Below are positions 16,563 through 26,000 of a stretch of 51,622 nucleotides of DNA, piece by piece. A model generated the notes under the pieces. The model was not told the DNA's origin and made no database searches. It saw only the letters and a program-made list of their open reading frames with translations. The DNA is taken from positions 1-51,622 of the forward strand of contig JAUSFL010000018.1 of assembly GCA_030649735.1 (NCBI GenBank), read 5' to 3'. Position numbers and translations under genes: made by a program. The stretch comes from Candidatus Iainarchaeum sp. GTDB taxonomy: Archaea > Iainarchaeota > Iainarchaeia > Iainarchaeales > UBA10191. The stretch's first letter is position 1. Each line of letters opens with the position of its first letter.

Positions 16563-18206
16563 TCAGTTTTTCTTTTTCTTTCCAGCGTTTTGCGCTGGCT
16601 GGGATGGCGCCGGCTTTGGCTTTTCTTGGGCTGCTTGGCTTGGTGCAGCTTTTGTCTTTTCCTTGTCCTTGCTGTAAAGCTCTTCAACCATTAATCCCAT
16701 TTCTTCAGCAAATTTTCTCTCAAAATTTTCAAGCTCTTTGATTTTTGCGTCAATCGCCACTGTTTGCTTTTGCCTGTCTTCATTGAATTCTTTAATGGCC
16801 TTGTTGAATGACTGCGTGTTTTTTTCAATTACTGCAATGAATTGCTCCTTGAAGAGATTGAATTCTTCCATTCTTTGGTTGATTGTGTCAGCGTCTTTTT
16901 GAAAGCGCTTTTCAAGCTCCATTATCCTCGACTCCATCATTCTTGGGTCAACGCGGGACTGAATGTTTGACAAGTCATTGATTTTTTCCTCGACTTCCAA
17001 GGCCAATGGCGCCACTTTTCTTGAAACGCTTTCCTGCACTTGGGCAGTCGCGTCCTGGACAAGAATGGCAAGACGCTCTTCGATTTTTCTGGGGTCAACG
17101 CGTTCCTGGATTGAATTCAATTCCGTTATTTTGTCCGAAATTTTCTTGTCAATTCCGTAAGTTTTTTGGTCAACGATTGCGCTAATCTTGTTTTCCGCAT
17201 CCTTCATTAATCCTTCGGCAATCTTGTTTTCCAATTCTAAAGTCCTTGTGACTCTCAAGTCCAGGTCTGTCAGTTTTTTTTGCGCTTCCTGCACGAAAGC
17301 CTCAACCTTGCTTTTTGACATTATCAATTCTGCATTCATTGAGCTGATGAGGCGGGATTTTGTTTTTTCCAGGTCAGCGAGCTTGTCGTTGACATTGGTG
17401 TACAATTCTGAATTCACTTGCTGTTTTGCCTCCAGCCTTGAGGTTGCGTCCTGGACTGAATTGTTTATTTGCCTAAGTTCGGAAAGCTTTGCGTTTATTG
17501 TTTCAGAAAACTCTTCAGTCTTTTCAGAAACCAAAGAGCTCATTCTGGAATTGTTCAAGTCGCGCTGCGCGTCAAAGAATGCCTTGATTTTTCCTGTTTC
17601 TTTTTCAACAGCGCCTGAAACTTTGTTGTCTATTAAAACGTCAATTTCTTTCCTTAAAGTGCGCATTTCCTCAAGCTTTGCGTCAACTGTTGTCAAAACC
17701 CCGGTTTCCCAAAGCTTATTCAAGTCAACGTGCTCGTAGACTTCTGCAGGCATTGATCTTGCCACTGGCTCAATGCGGGACTCAATTCTGGGTTCTTGCC
17801 TTTGCTGGACCGCGGCCCTTGGGGCTTCTTGGACTGCTTCCTGCTTTCGTTCAATGACTTCAGCCGCCCTTGCGGGCTTTCTTGAAGGCTTTGGGGTTTC
17901 TTCAATTGGCCTGAATTCTTCCTCTTCACTGGTTAAGTCTTCCTGGGCAGTATCGTCCATTGACTCTTGAACCATTTCTTTTTCCAAATTGTCAAAGCTT
18001 GGCTTTCTTGACTTTTTGAATCCTTCAGCAGGCTTTGGCGTTGGCTTTTTTTCAAATTGGCCTTGCTTTGCCTCTTTTATCAACGCGACAGCCTGCTCTT
18101 GAGTCAAGCCGACGCTTTTCAGGTTTTCAATAATGTCGTTTTCTGTAACGCCTTCCAAGGCCAGGAGCTTTTTTACAGAATCCAAAAGAATTTGCTTCTT
18201 GTCCAT
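16563..18206 (-). CDS. Long coiled-coil hypothetical protein
   Basis: 547 aa: small helical N-domain, acidic/Pro linker, long heptad-rich region with a duplicated IQxRVDPR unit. Confidence 0.8.
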   Translation of the reverse strand: MDKKQILLDSVKKLLALEGVTENDIIENLKSVGLTQEQAVALIKEAKQGQFEKKPTPKPAEGFKKSRKPSFDNLEKEMVQESMDDTAQEDLTSEEEEFRPIEETPKPSRKPARAAEVIERKQEAVQEAPRAAVQQRQEPRIESRIEPVARSMPAEVYEHVDLNKLWETGVLTTVDAKLEEMRTLRKEIDVLIDNKVSGAVEKETGKIKAFFDAQRDLNNSRMSSLVSEKTEEFSETINAKLSELRQINNSVQDATSRLEAKQQVNSELYTNVNDKLADLEKTKSRLISSMNAELIMSKSKVEAFVQEAQKKLTDLDLRVTRTLELENKIAEGLMKDAENKISAIVDQKTYGIDKKISDKITELNSIQERVDPRKIEERLAILVQDATAQVQESVSRKVAPLALEVEEKINDLSNIQSRVDPRMMESRIMELEKRFQKDADTINQRMEEFNLFKEQFIAVIEKNTQSFNKAIKEFNEDRQKQTVAIDAKIKELENFERKFAEEMGLMVEELYSKDKEKTKAAPSQAAQEKPKPAPSQPAQNAGKKKKN

Positions 18207-18329
18207 GCTATTATAGAGAAAGCATTTTAGGATTTAAAAAGGTATTTAAAATTTGAAAGAAAAAGCGGGTTTTGCGCTTTGGCGCGCACGGCAAAAGGCA
18301 CTGGCAAACCAGCCAATCTTTGGATTCCT

Positions 18330-18785
18330 TTATTTCCTTGCCGAATGGCTTAGCGTTTTTTGCATCCTGAAAAAGCGTTTTCTGACGTGCTCATTTGCCA
18401 ACGCCAGTTGCTTGGCAGCGAGAACGTGCCTTGCGTCAATCACTTGCTGGGCTTTTTTTCTCGCTTCTTTCAGTTCGGGAGCCATTTTTTCAAAAATTTT
18501 TCTTCGCTGCTTTGGAAGCATCTTAAGCGAAGCTTCCGCTAAAGCGTACTTTCTGACAGTTGAGAAAATAACCGGCCTTTTTGCTTTTTTTATCGCGGCC
18601 ACCATTTTTCGCCTTAAAATTTCCGCGTCATTCCTTGAAAGCGCGCCTTCTGGCTTTTGAATTTCGGGAAAACGATTTTCCAAAGAATCCCCGTATTTTG
18701 CCAGCCCAACCCTTGCAAGATGGCTTGCCCTTTCTTTGGAATATGCAAGCGCGGCCTTGGCTTTTGCGCGCATTGAAGGCTTCAT
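18330..18785 (-). CDS. Basic, Ala/Lys/Arg-rich orphan protein (start moved to ATG 18785)
   Basis: MKPSMRAKAKAAL...; TTTTATT about 25 nt upstream; the longer ORF start lies inside the tRNA. Confidence 0.65.
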   Translation of the reverse strand: MKPSMRAKAKAALAYSKERASHLARVGLAKYGDSLENRFPEIQKPEGALSRNDAEILRRKMVAAIKKAKRPVIFSTVRKYALAEASLKMLPKQRRKIFEKMAPELKEARKKAQQVIDARHVLAAKQLALANEHVRKRFFRMQKTLSHSARK

Positions 18786-18860
18786 GATTTTATAATGATT
18801 TACTTCAATAAAAGCCTTTTTGGAAAATGGGCGATTCTTTAGCCAATAAAAAAATTGGAT

Positions 18861-18931
18861 TGGACCTAGCGGGAATTGAACCCGCGTCCGCTCCACGCCA
18901 AGGAGCAGTCCTACCACTAGACTATAGGCCC
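18861..18931 (-). tRNA. tRNA-Ala(GGC), no encoded CCA
   Basis: GGGCCTA/TAGGTCC acceptor with G3:U70; GCTCC-TTGGCGT-GGAGC; GCGGG-TTCAATT-CCCGC. Confidence 0.95.
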
Positions 18932-18988
18932 TGCGATAATTAGAATTCTCTTGGGAAATTTAATTAAAAGAAACAGTTTTTCGCGGTT

Positions 18989-19207
18989 TTACGGCGAAAT
19001 GAACAGGACATTGTCTCCGCGGAGAATGAGCTTTCCGTACTTGGTCTTCATTTCCCCGTCCTTGATTTCTTGCGCGCCTTCAAGCACTAGGTTCATGTGA
19101 ATGTCGAATGCTTTGAGTGTTCCGCGGAACTGCATGTCGTCCTTTAGCATTACAAGCACTTCGCGGCCTATTGCGTCATTCAATAAATCAAAAGGTCTTT
19201 GGCTCAT
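18989..19207 (-). CDS. Sm-like archaeal protein (Lsm/SmAP1)
   Basis: RPFDLL...GTLKAFDIHMNLVL...LRGDNVLFISP. Confidence 0.96.
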   Translation of the reverse strand: MSQRPFDLLNDAIGREVLVMLKDDMQFRGTLKAFDIHMNLVLEGAQEIKDGEMKTKYGKLILRGDNVLFISP

Positions 19208-19218
19208 TTTTCATTCAC

Positions 19219-20031
19219 TTAATCCTTGCTGGCTTTTGGCTTCTTCTTGAATATTGAGAACAACTTATTAAAAAACTGCATTATTGGGTTTTTGGACTTT
19301 GGCGAGGCAATTGAAATTTCAATGCCCGCGATTTTGGACGCGGTCTTTTGCACTGCAAGAGCTGCAGGGCTGTCAGGAGTTCTGACCATTAAAGGCCCGC
19401 CTTTCTCGTGCAAAAAGGTTTTCCTTACTTCAGGATCGTAAGGGATTATTCCGTAAACCGGAAGCTCCAGCATTTTCATTACGTCAGTGTCTGAAATTTC
19501 GCCTTTTTCCCCGCGCACCAAATTTAGCACAATGCCTATTGTTTTCCTGTTCAGCCTTTGCGCGACAATTTTTGTCTTCAAGACATCGGCAATGCTTGGA
19601 GGGTCTGGAGTCGCTATCAAAAGCACTTCGTCAGAGGCCGCGATTGCGGAAAGGACGTTTTTTTCAATGCCTGCTGGAATGTCAAGCAATACAAAATCAA
19701 ACTGGTTTGCAATGCTGTTGATTACGCTTTCAAGCCTTTCGGAATCAACGCGCCTGTAGTTTTCAAGGCTTAGCCCTGATGGAATGAATTTCACTCCCTT
19801 TGGGCCTTCATAAATTGCGTCTTGGATTGTGGCCTCTCCCAAAAGAACGTCGTGCAGTGTTATTGGAGAGCTTTGCATTCCTAAAAGAAGGCTCAAGTTT
19901 GCCATTGCAATGTCCGCGTCAACCAAGCACACGCTGAAGCCGTGCTGGGCCAATGCAATTCCCACATTTCCTGTAAGGAATGTCTTTCCGACACCGCCTT
20001 TTCCTGACGCAATGCAAATTACCCGGCCCAT
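19219..20031 (-). CDS. minD: MinD-family ATPase (start moved to ATG 20031)
   Basis: SGKGGVGKT, DADIAMANL, TLHDVL, DIPAG; C-terminal amphipathic helix MQFFNKLFSIF. Confidence 0.9.
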   Translation of the reverse strand: MGRVICIASGKGGVGKTFLTGNVGIALAQHGFSVCLVDADIAMANLSLLLGMQSSPITLHDVLLGEATIQDAIYEGPKGVKFIPSGLSLENYRRVDSERLESVINSIANQFDFVLLDIPAGIEKNVLSAIAASDEVLLIATPDPPSIADVLKTKIVAQRLNRKTIGIVLNLVRGEKGEISDTDVMKMLELPVYGIIPYDPEVRKTFLHEKGGPLMVRTPDSPAALAVQKTASKIAGIEISIASPKSKNPIMQFFNKLFSIFKKKPKASKD

Positions 20032-20128
20032 TTCAACCAATTCCAAAACATGATTTTTTGCTGTTTTATTCATTAAGGTAGTTATTGAATAAAAAAACTA
20101 TCGCAAGAATCAATGCTTTTTGAGTCTT

Positions 20129-21367
20129 TTAAATTAAACTGCCTTGGCAGTATTGCGGAAGCTGTCCTTGAATTAATAATTCAAAGAAAGACTGGCTTAA
20201 TTGCTGGCTTGAAAGCTGGACAGTGCAGAGCATTGTCGAATTGACTTTTTCAGGCCGCAGCGGCGAAGAAATCAATTTTACAAAAAGCTTGCAGTTTGGC
20301 GCTGTGGAATATCCTTGCACTTCAGTATAGTATTGTTCTCCGGCAATCGAGAATGTCGAGCTTGATTTTGTGCAGCTAGCAAGAGTTGTAAGACTGCATT
20401 GAACGCTGCTTCCGCAATCGTAGAATTCCGAGCCGCAGACTGAATAATAGCAAAGTTTTCCGGCAGCGCAGTTTTTGTCAGAGTATTCTGCAATGCCGCT
20501 GCAGCAGTCAAAAGGGCAGACCGGCTTTAGGCAGGAATTGTTTTGGCAAGTGAATGGAAGAATGCAGTATTTTGGCTGGTAGTTTGAGTCTGAAGCATCG
20601 CAACATTCGAAAGAGCACGCGGCTTTGCTTGACGGCGTTGGGCTTGGACTGTCTGCCGCGCTTGAAAACGCGCAATTGTGGCTGCTATTGCACACTTGCC
20701 CTGAATTGCAGGATTTTGATTGGTAGTTTGAGTCTGAAACAGTGCAGCAGTTGAAAGGGCATGCTGGACTTACGCATTGCCTTGAAGAGCAGTGCTTTGG
20801 GGCATTGCAGTCTTTTTGGCTGTAGTTTACATCAAGTATTGAACAGCATTCGAAAGTGCAGGCCGGCTTTTGCTGTGCGATTGCCTGGCAGGAATTGCTA
20901 ATGCATTCACTTCCTACAGTACAGTCTTTTTCTGGATAGTTTTTAGAACTTTGGCAGCATTCAAAAGGGCAGACAGGATTTTCGCACTCGTTTCCTATGC
21001 ATTCCCCGCCTGAAGCGCATGGCTTGTCAATGTAGTTTTGGACTTCATTGCAGCATTCTGTAGGGCATTCTTCCATTTGTGGAATGCATTCATGGCTTGT
21101 GCATTCAAGACCTTCGCCGCATGCTTTCAATGCAAAATTTTTGTCGCTTTTTTCACAGCATGCGAAAGCGCAGGGGCATTTTTCATTTGCTCCCACCACA
21201 ACATTATTTCCGCATTCTTTGACGTTGAATTTAGGGATTTTCTGGCTTTCAAAATAATTTACAGCGGCAAAAGAAAATGCTGCAATCATTGCAACAGCAA
21301 CTATTGCAGCAAAGACTTTCAGAAAATCAATTGAATGCAACAAAGACTCTGGCTTTTCCCCAACCAT
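20129..21367 (-). CDS. Membrane-anchored Cys-rich repeat surface protein
   Basis: N-terminal TM (FAAIVAVAMIAAFSFAAV), then 7 copies of a 6-Cys unit CxxxCC...Y..KxC..G..C....C. Confidence 0.8.
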   Translation of the reverse strand: MVGEKPESLLHSIDFLKVFAAIVAVAMIAAFSFAAVNYFESQKIPKFNVKECGNNVVVGANEKCPCAFACCEKSDKNFALKACGEGLECTSHECIPQMEECPTECCNEVQNYIDKPCASGGECIGNECENPVCPFECCQSSKNYPEKDCTVGSECISNSCQAIAQQKPACTFECCSILDVNYSQKDCNAPKHCSSRQCVSPACPFNCCTVSDSNYQSKSCNSGQVCNSSHNCAFSSAADSPSPTPSSKAACSFECCDASDSNYQPKYCILPFTCQNNSCLKPVCPFDCCSGIAEYSDKNCAAGKLCYYSVCGSEFYDCGSSVQCSLTTLASCTKSSSTFSIAGEQYYTEVQGYSTAPNCKLFVKLISSPLRPEKVNSTMLCTVQLSSQQLSQSFFELLIQGQLPQYCQGSLI

Positions 21368-21419
21368 GCATTAAAACAGAATCTTCTGGCTTTTTAATTT
21401 TTTCATTAGAGAAAAAGCG

Positions 21420-21881
21420 CTATTCCGCGTGCTTTTTGAGGAATTTTTCCAAATCATGCGCTATTGCCCTTAATTCAACGCCATGAAGGTTGTTTGCGGC
21501 GTGGACAATGTACACTTTTTTCCCGAAAGGGTAAAGCATGTACCATCCCTTGCTTCTTTGAATGAAGACTGACTCTGATTTTGGGATTTCAGAATTAATG
21601 TAGGACAATAATGCGGTTCCAGTGACTGCTTCCTTAAGGTCAGAGCCGCTTGAGGAAACAAGCAAAGAGCCGTTGTTGTAGGCGACTATTATATTGTCTA
21701 CGGCGTGCTTTGTTTTCAAAATGCCAATCAATTCCTTCAATTCCTTGACTTCCAAATCGTACTTGTTGTTTCTTGAGGCTTCTTTCAAGAGCTTGTATTG
21801 CTCGTTAGGCCTGTCGTCGCCCAAGTCAAGGACTTTTGCAGCGATGGTTTTCATTACTGAAGAAACTTTTCCCATTACCAT
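21420..21881 (-). CDS. Hypothetical protein, probable roadblock/longin/profilin-like fold
   Basis: Helix, IIVAYNNGSLLVSS, helix, three short strands, C-terminal helix pattern. Confidence 0.55.
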   Translation of the reverse strand: MVMGKVSSVMKTIAAKVLDLGDDRPNEQYKLLKEASRNNKYDLEVKELKELIGILKTKHAVDNIIVAYNNGSLLVSSSGSDLKEAVTGTALLSYINSEIPKSESVFIQRSKGWYMLYPFGKKVYIVHAANNLHGVELRAIAHDLEKFLKKHAE

Positions 21882-21900
21882 TTTTGGCTCACCGTAAAAT

Positions 21901-22404
21901 CTAATTCATTTGCCCTAATCCAAACTTCTTGAACAATTCCTTTTTAGAGGATTCGTTCGGAGTTTTTAAATCGATTGCCTCGCGGAGCGTTTTTTGCGCG
22001 AAAGAAGCGTCAAACTTTCCGATATTGAATTTGTCAAGCAATTTCCTGTCAAGCGCTGTTGAAAGCTTTATTTTTTCGTCAAATGCAATGCTCATGTCGA
22101 CTTGAAGCTCTGAAAGCTGCACTACATCAATTATTCCAAAGTCCGCGCCCGCGGCATTAAGGCAGTGCGACAATGCCAAATCGCTGATTACTGTAATGTC
22201 AAACCGCAAGTATTCAAAAACGCAGGCCACTCCAAATCCTTTCTTGAAAAGCAGTGTCGCCTCTTCCAAGCCGTCAAATCCTTCAATCAACAATGCAACA
22301 TAGCCGGAGAATTTTTCCTCAATCAATCCAACAAGCAGGTTTTTGAAATTGTTCTCTTTCAGAATCAGCCCTTGCTTTTGCATGTTTCCTGAAGGCAAGT
22401 TCAT
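21901..22404 (-). CDS. DUF2226-family protein
   Basis: MNLPSG...FSGYV.L...G.EE..LLF..G; C-terminal KKELFKKFGL. Confidence 0.7.
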   Translation of the reverse strand: MNLPSGNMQKQGLILKENNFKNLLVGLIEEKFSGYVALLIEGFDGLEEATLLFKKGFGVACVFEYLRFDITVISDLALSHCLNAAGADFGIIDVVQLSELQVDMSIAFDEKIKLSTALDRKLLDKFNIGKFDASFAQKTLREAIDLKTPNESSKKELFKKFGLGQMN

Positions 22405-22410
22405 TCAAAA

Positions 22411-22884
22411 TCACTTTTTCAATACAATCACGAAATCGACAGTGTTTTTCAAGGCCGCTGCCGAGGCCTCTTCAACAATGACCGCGATTGTTTCCTTTCC
22501 ATAACGCTTTGCCTTCACTACTGAAGGCAAAAAGTCAGAGTCCCTTGTTACCCAGACTATGGTGTCAATTGTGGAGTTAAAGCAGGTTTCTGTCGCGTCA
22601 ACAGCCATTGCAACGTCAACGTCGCCTACAGTGATTATTGTCTCAAAGCCTTGGTTATTGCAGGCTTCAATCAATTTTTGCGAGGCAAATTGGTTCAGGA
22701 ATACTTTGCCGACCTTTATCTGCCCGAAAGGCTCGAGCGATTTTTTCACGTCTTTTAAGTCAACGCTGAATTCTTTCCTTAGAATGTTCGGGCCGTCGAC
22801 AAAGACCGCGAGCTTCTTGTTGTTCTTTGAGAACCCGAGCTTTTTTTTGATTTCCTTCAAGACCATGCAAAATTCACTGTCCAA
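22411..22884 (-). CDS. NYN (PIN-like) domain protein, TIGR00288-like; may start at ATG 22866
   Basis: VFVDGPNILRKEF, GDVDVAMAVDA, TRDSDFLP. Confidence 0.9.
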   Translation of the reverse strand: MDSEFCMVLKEIKKKLGFSKNNKKLAVFVDGPNILRKEFSVDLKDVKKSLEPFGQIKVGKVFLNQFASQKLIEACNNQGFETIITVGDVDVAMAVDATETCFNSTIDTIVWVTRDSDFLPSVVKAKRYGKETIAVIVEEASAAALKNTVDFVIVLKK

Positions 22885-23001
22885 TCGATTAATGCAATTT
22901 CTTTTATTTAATCTTTAGCTCAAAAAAAGCTGTTTTTAGAGTAATATATTAATATAGGAAAAATCTATTTTCTCCAGTCGTGGATTTTTGAGAGGGGTTT
23001 T

Positions 23002-26000
23002 ATGAGTTTTGGGAAATTGCCGCTAGCCATTTTTATTTTATTTCTTTCAAGTTCTGTTTTTGGGATTGTAACACAAATCACTCTTGGCGATTCTTCACTT
23101 GGCTTTGTCAAGACTTTTGAAGTCAGCGAAGCAGGGGCAATGACTTACAAGGGTTCAGTTGCAACAACCCCTTCAAACGTGCAGCACAGCAGCGATGCAA
23201 TTTACGCACTGTCAAGCACCACTACTCTAAAGAAATTCTCAAACGCCACTCTTGCGCTGGTTGATTCTGCAACAACAAGCTCTGGCTATTCGGCAAAAAC
23301 GTTGACAGCGGACAACGACTATGTTTATGTGTTATTGCAGGGAAGCGGCGGATCAAGCAACAAGTACTACATTTCAAAATACAGAAAATCAGACTTGACA
23401 ATTATTGGAAGCCCTGTCCAAATTTACGCCTTGATAGCCGGCGACGCAGTAAAATACATGATTAAAACAGATGGGCAAAAAGTTTACGCCTTGATAACCA
23501 CCAAAAAAATAGTTTCAATAGACAATGATCTTGCTTCAGCAAGCATTAGGACCCTTTCCCTGCCTGCGACTGGAATAGCGTACAATTTTGCATTGGATGA
23601 AGACAGCATTTACATCACTGACACTGTTCCGGCAACTGCAGATTTGAGTTTGCTAAAATATTCAAAATCTTCATTAACTCTCACGCTCTCAAAGAAAGTT
23701 TATGACTTTGGGATTGTGGCTGCATCAAAATCCCCAAGCGTTGCAGTCGATGACACTTATGTTTATGTGAGCTATTTTACAAGTTACAGCAGCAGCGATA
23801 GCAGCGGCCGCACAAGCCAGTATAATAAGGTTGATTTTTCAGGAAGCGCGAATTGGGCAAACGGGTGCGATGACCTTGCGGCAGACAACCGCTACCTTTA
23901 CTGCATCAATGACCCGGCTGGCGCAAGCTTTGCATTCAGAAAATCAGACATGACGGCAGTTTCTGGAATGTTTTCAGGGGCTGGAGACACTGGAGGAAAC
24001 TTCATTTCAACATTTGATTACATTACCCAGACAATAACTCCTGTTTCTTGTGAAATAGCGCCGTCAAGCTCAACATTGACTGGAAGCGGACAGGTTTTAG
24101 CGCTTGATGCAACCTGCACTGACGTTTCAGGGACTGAAAGAACCTGCCCAACACTGAATTGGTCTTTGACAGGAAGCAACGGAAGCCTGGCCAATGTTTC
24201 AAACACTTCCAGGAATTTCACTTCCAACACAACTTACGGCTCTTCGACAGTCAGGGTAAACGCTGGATTGTATTCTTGCACTGCAAGCATTACAACAGTA
24301 GCGCCCCCTGCGGGACCAAGCTGCAATGTTGCACTGACTCCAAGCACAATTGACAATTTCGGGACAATTTTGGTTCAAGTGAATTATTCTGGACTGAGCT
24401 TTACTCCAAGCACAAGCTCTAGGGTTTACTGCAATGACTATTATGGCGGAGACGGAAGAAGGCTTGTTGGATACAGCGAATGCGACAATAGAAAATGCAT
24501 TATAAAATGCGGGCCTTACCTTTACGCCAGCAACCCAAGCCCGAACATTAGCGTAAGCTTGAGGGACCCTGCAGATGTGGCTCCCAGAATATACTGCAAT
24601 ACCACCCTTGCAATAAATCCGCCGTCCCTTGATTTTGATTCTAGAGTGACAATTGAGAACATCACTGAAAAGTCCACTGGAAAGCTCTTGGACACTTCAC
24701 TAACCAGTGAAACCCCGACAAAAATCCCTTACTTGACTTATTCAACAACTGGCCCTCAAGAGGAATATATTATAAAATTGAAGATTGAAAATCCAGCAGG
24801 CAAAGACAATTGGACTCCAACATGCGCCAAAGGCGCAACAACCTGCGAGGGAAGCTTTGCATTATCAACCGGGGTAACTGGAAGTACTTTTTCAGGCTTT
24901 TTCCAAACTTACGACAGTAATTTAGTAAACAGCGGACTTTTCACAGTGCTTAGGACAAACCAAACAGATCCATTCAGGAATGGAACAAGCAGGACTATTT
25001 CAATAAACACAAAACCAAAAATGAGTGGAGATCCTGAAATCAACTTTGCAAACAATGCAGTGAACGTGAGCAATTCAAGCCCTAACCATATCGCAGTTTT
25101 CATGCTGTTTGATGTTTCAGGATCCATGTCTGAGGGTGATTTTAACCCTGACAAAATTGTGGCTGCAAGAGTGGCTGGAAAGAGATTTATTGATGAAGTA
25201 TACTCAGCATACCAATCAGTAAGCCTTGCTCCAGAAGATTATGTTAAAATCGGATTAATCACTTTTGAAACAGACGTTGATTTGCAAAAAGACCTGGCAA
25301 GCTTGACAAGCAGCTACAAGACAAGCTTGAAAAACAAAATTGATGACTTTGAGGCTGGCGGCGGAACCAACATGGCTGACGCGTTAAAGCTTGCAAGGGA
25401 ACGATTTAACGCAAAGGCAGGAACTGACAAGAGAATAATTGTTGTCTTAAGCGATGGAAACCCAAAAAACGTTCCGGACAATACTGATTCAGTAATTTAT
25501 GCCAATGTTAGATATGATAATGATGATGAGGCAAAAGACTTTGCTGAAGAAGAGGCATTATTGAGCAAGACTCAATGGAAAAATTTTTCTACAGAAAGAG
25601 CAATAATTTACGCAATCAAAGTAGGGTATGAAGACGGAACTTACGATTTCTTAAAGGACCGAATTGCAGAGGCGCCTTTAGAACCGTATTACATTTACGT
25701 TGACCCAAACCAAAGCGGCTATTCAGACATCCTTGCTGGAAAATACGCGCAAATAGCAAAAGATATTGTGAAAACAAACATTGCTTTCGGAAACACGGCT
25801 TCGAAAATAATTCCAATAAGGAGCCAAAGCACTACTGCAAAAAGATGCACTTTAACTCCAAACCCGGCAAACATTATTGGGGTTGCGCCGCAAACCCAAT
25901 TGTTCAGTGCAACATGCTATGATGCTGTTACTTTAGGATCCCAACTGCCTTGCCCAACATTGACTTGGACTCATATCATTACAGGAACTGGCTTGACAGA

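Noticed and set aside
18786-18917. N-terminal extension of the 195-aa ORF
   Set aside because: It runs through tRNA-Ala; ATG 18785 has its own TATA-like box.
16473-18931. Possible tRNA-anchored integrated element between the convergent tRNAs
   Set aside because: No integrase and no duplicated tRNA 3' end seen.
20520-21180. Periodic DNA similarity as a CRISPR array or DGR template
   Set aside because: Explained by the Cys-rich protein repeat; no identical repeats with unique spacers, and no cas or reverse transcriptase gene.
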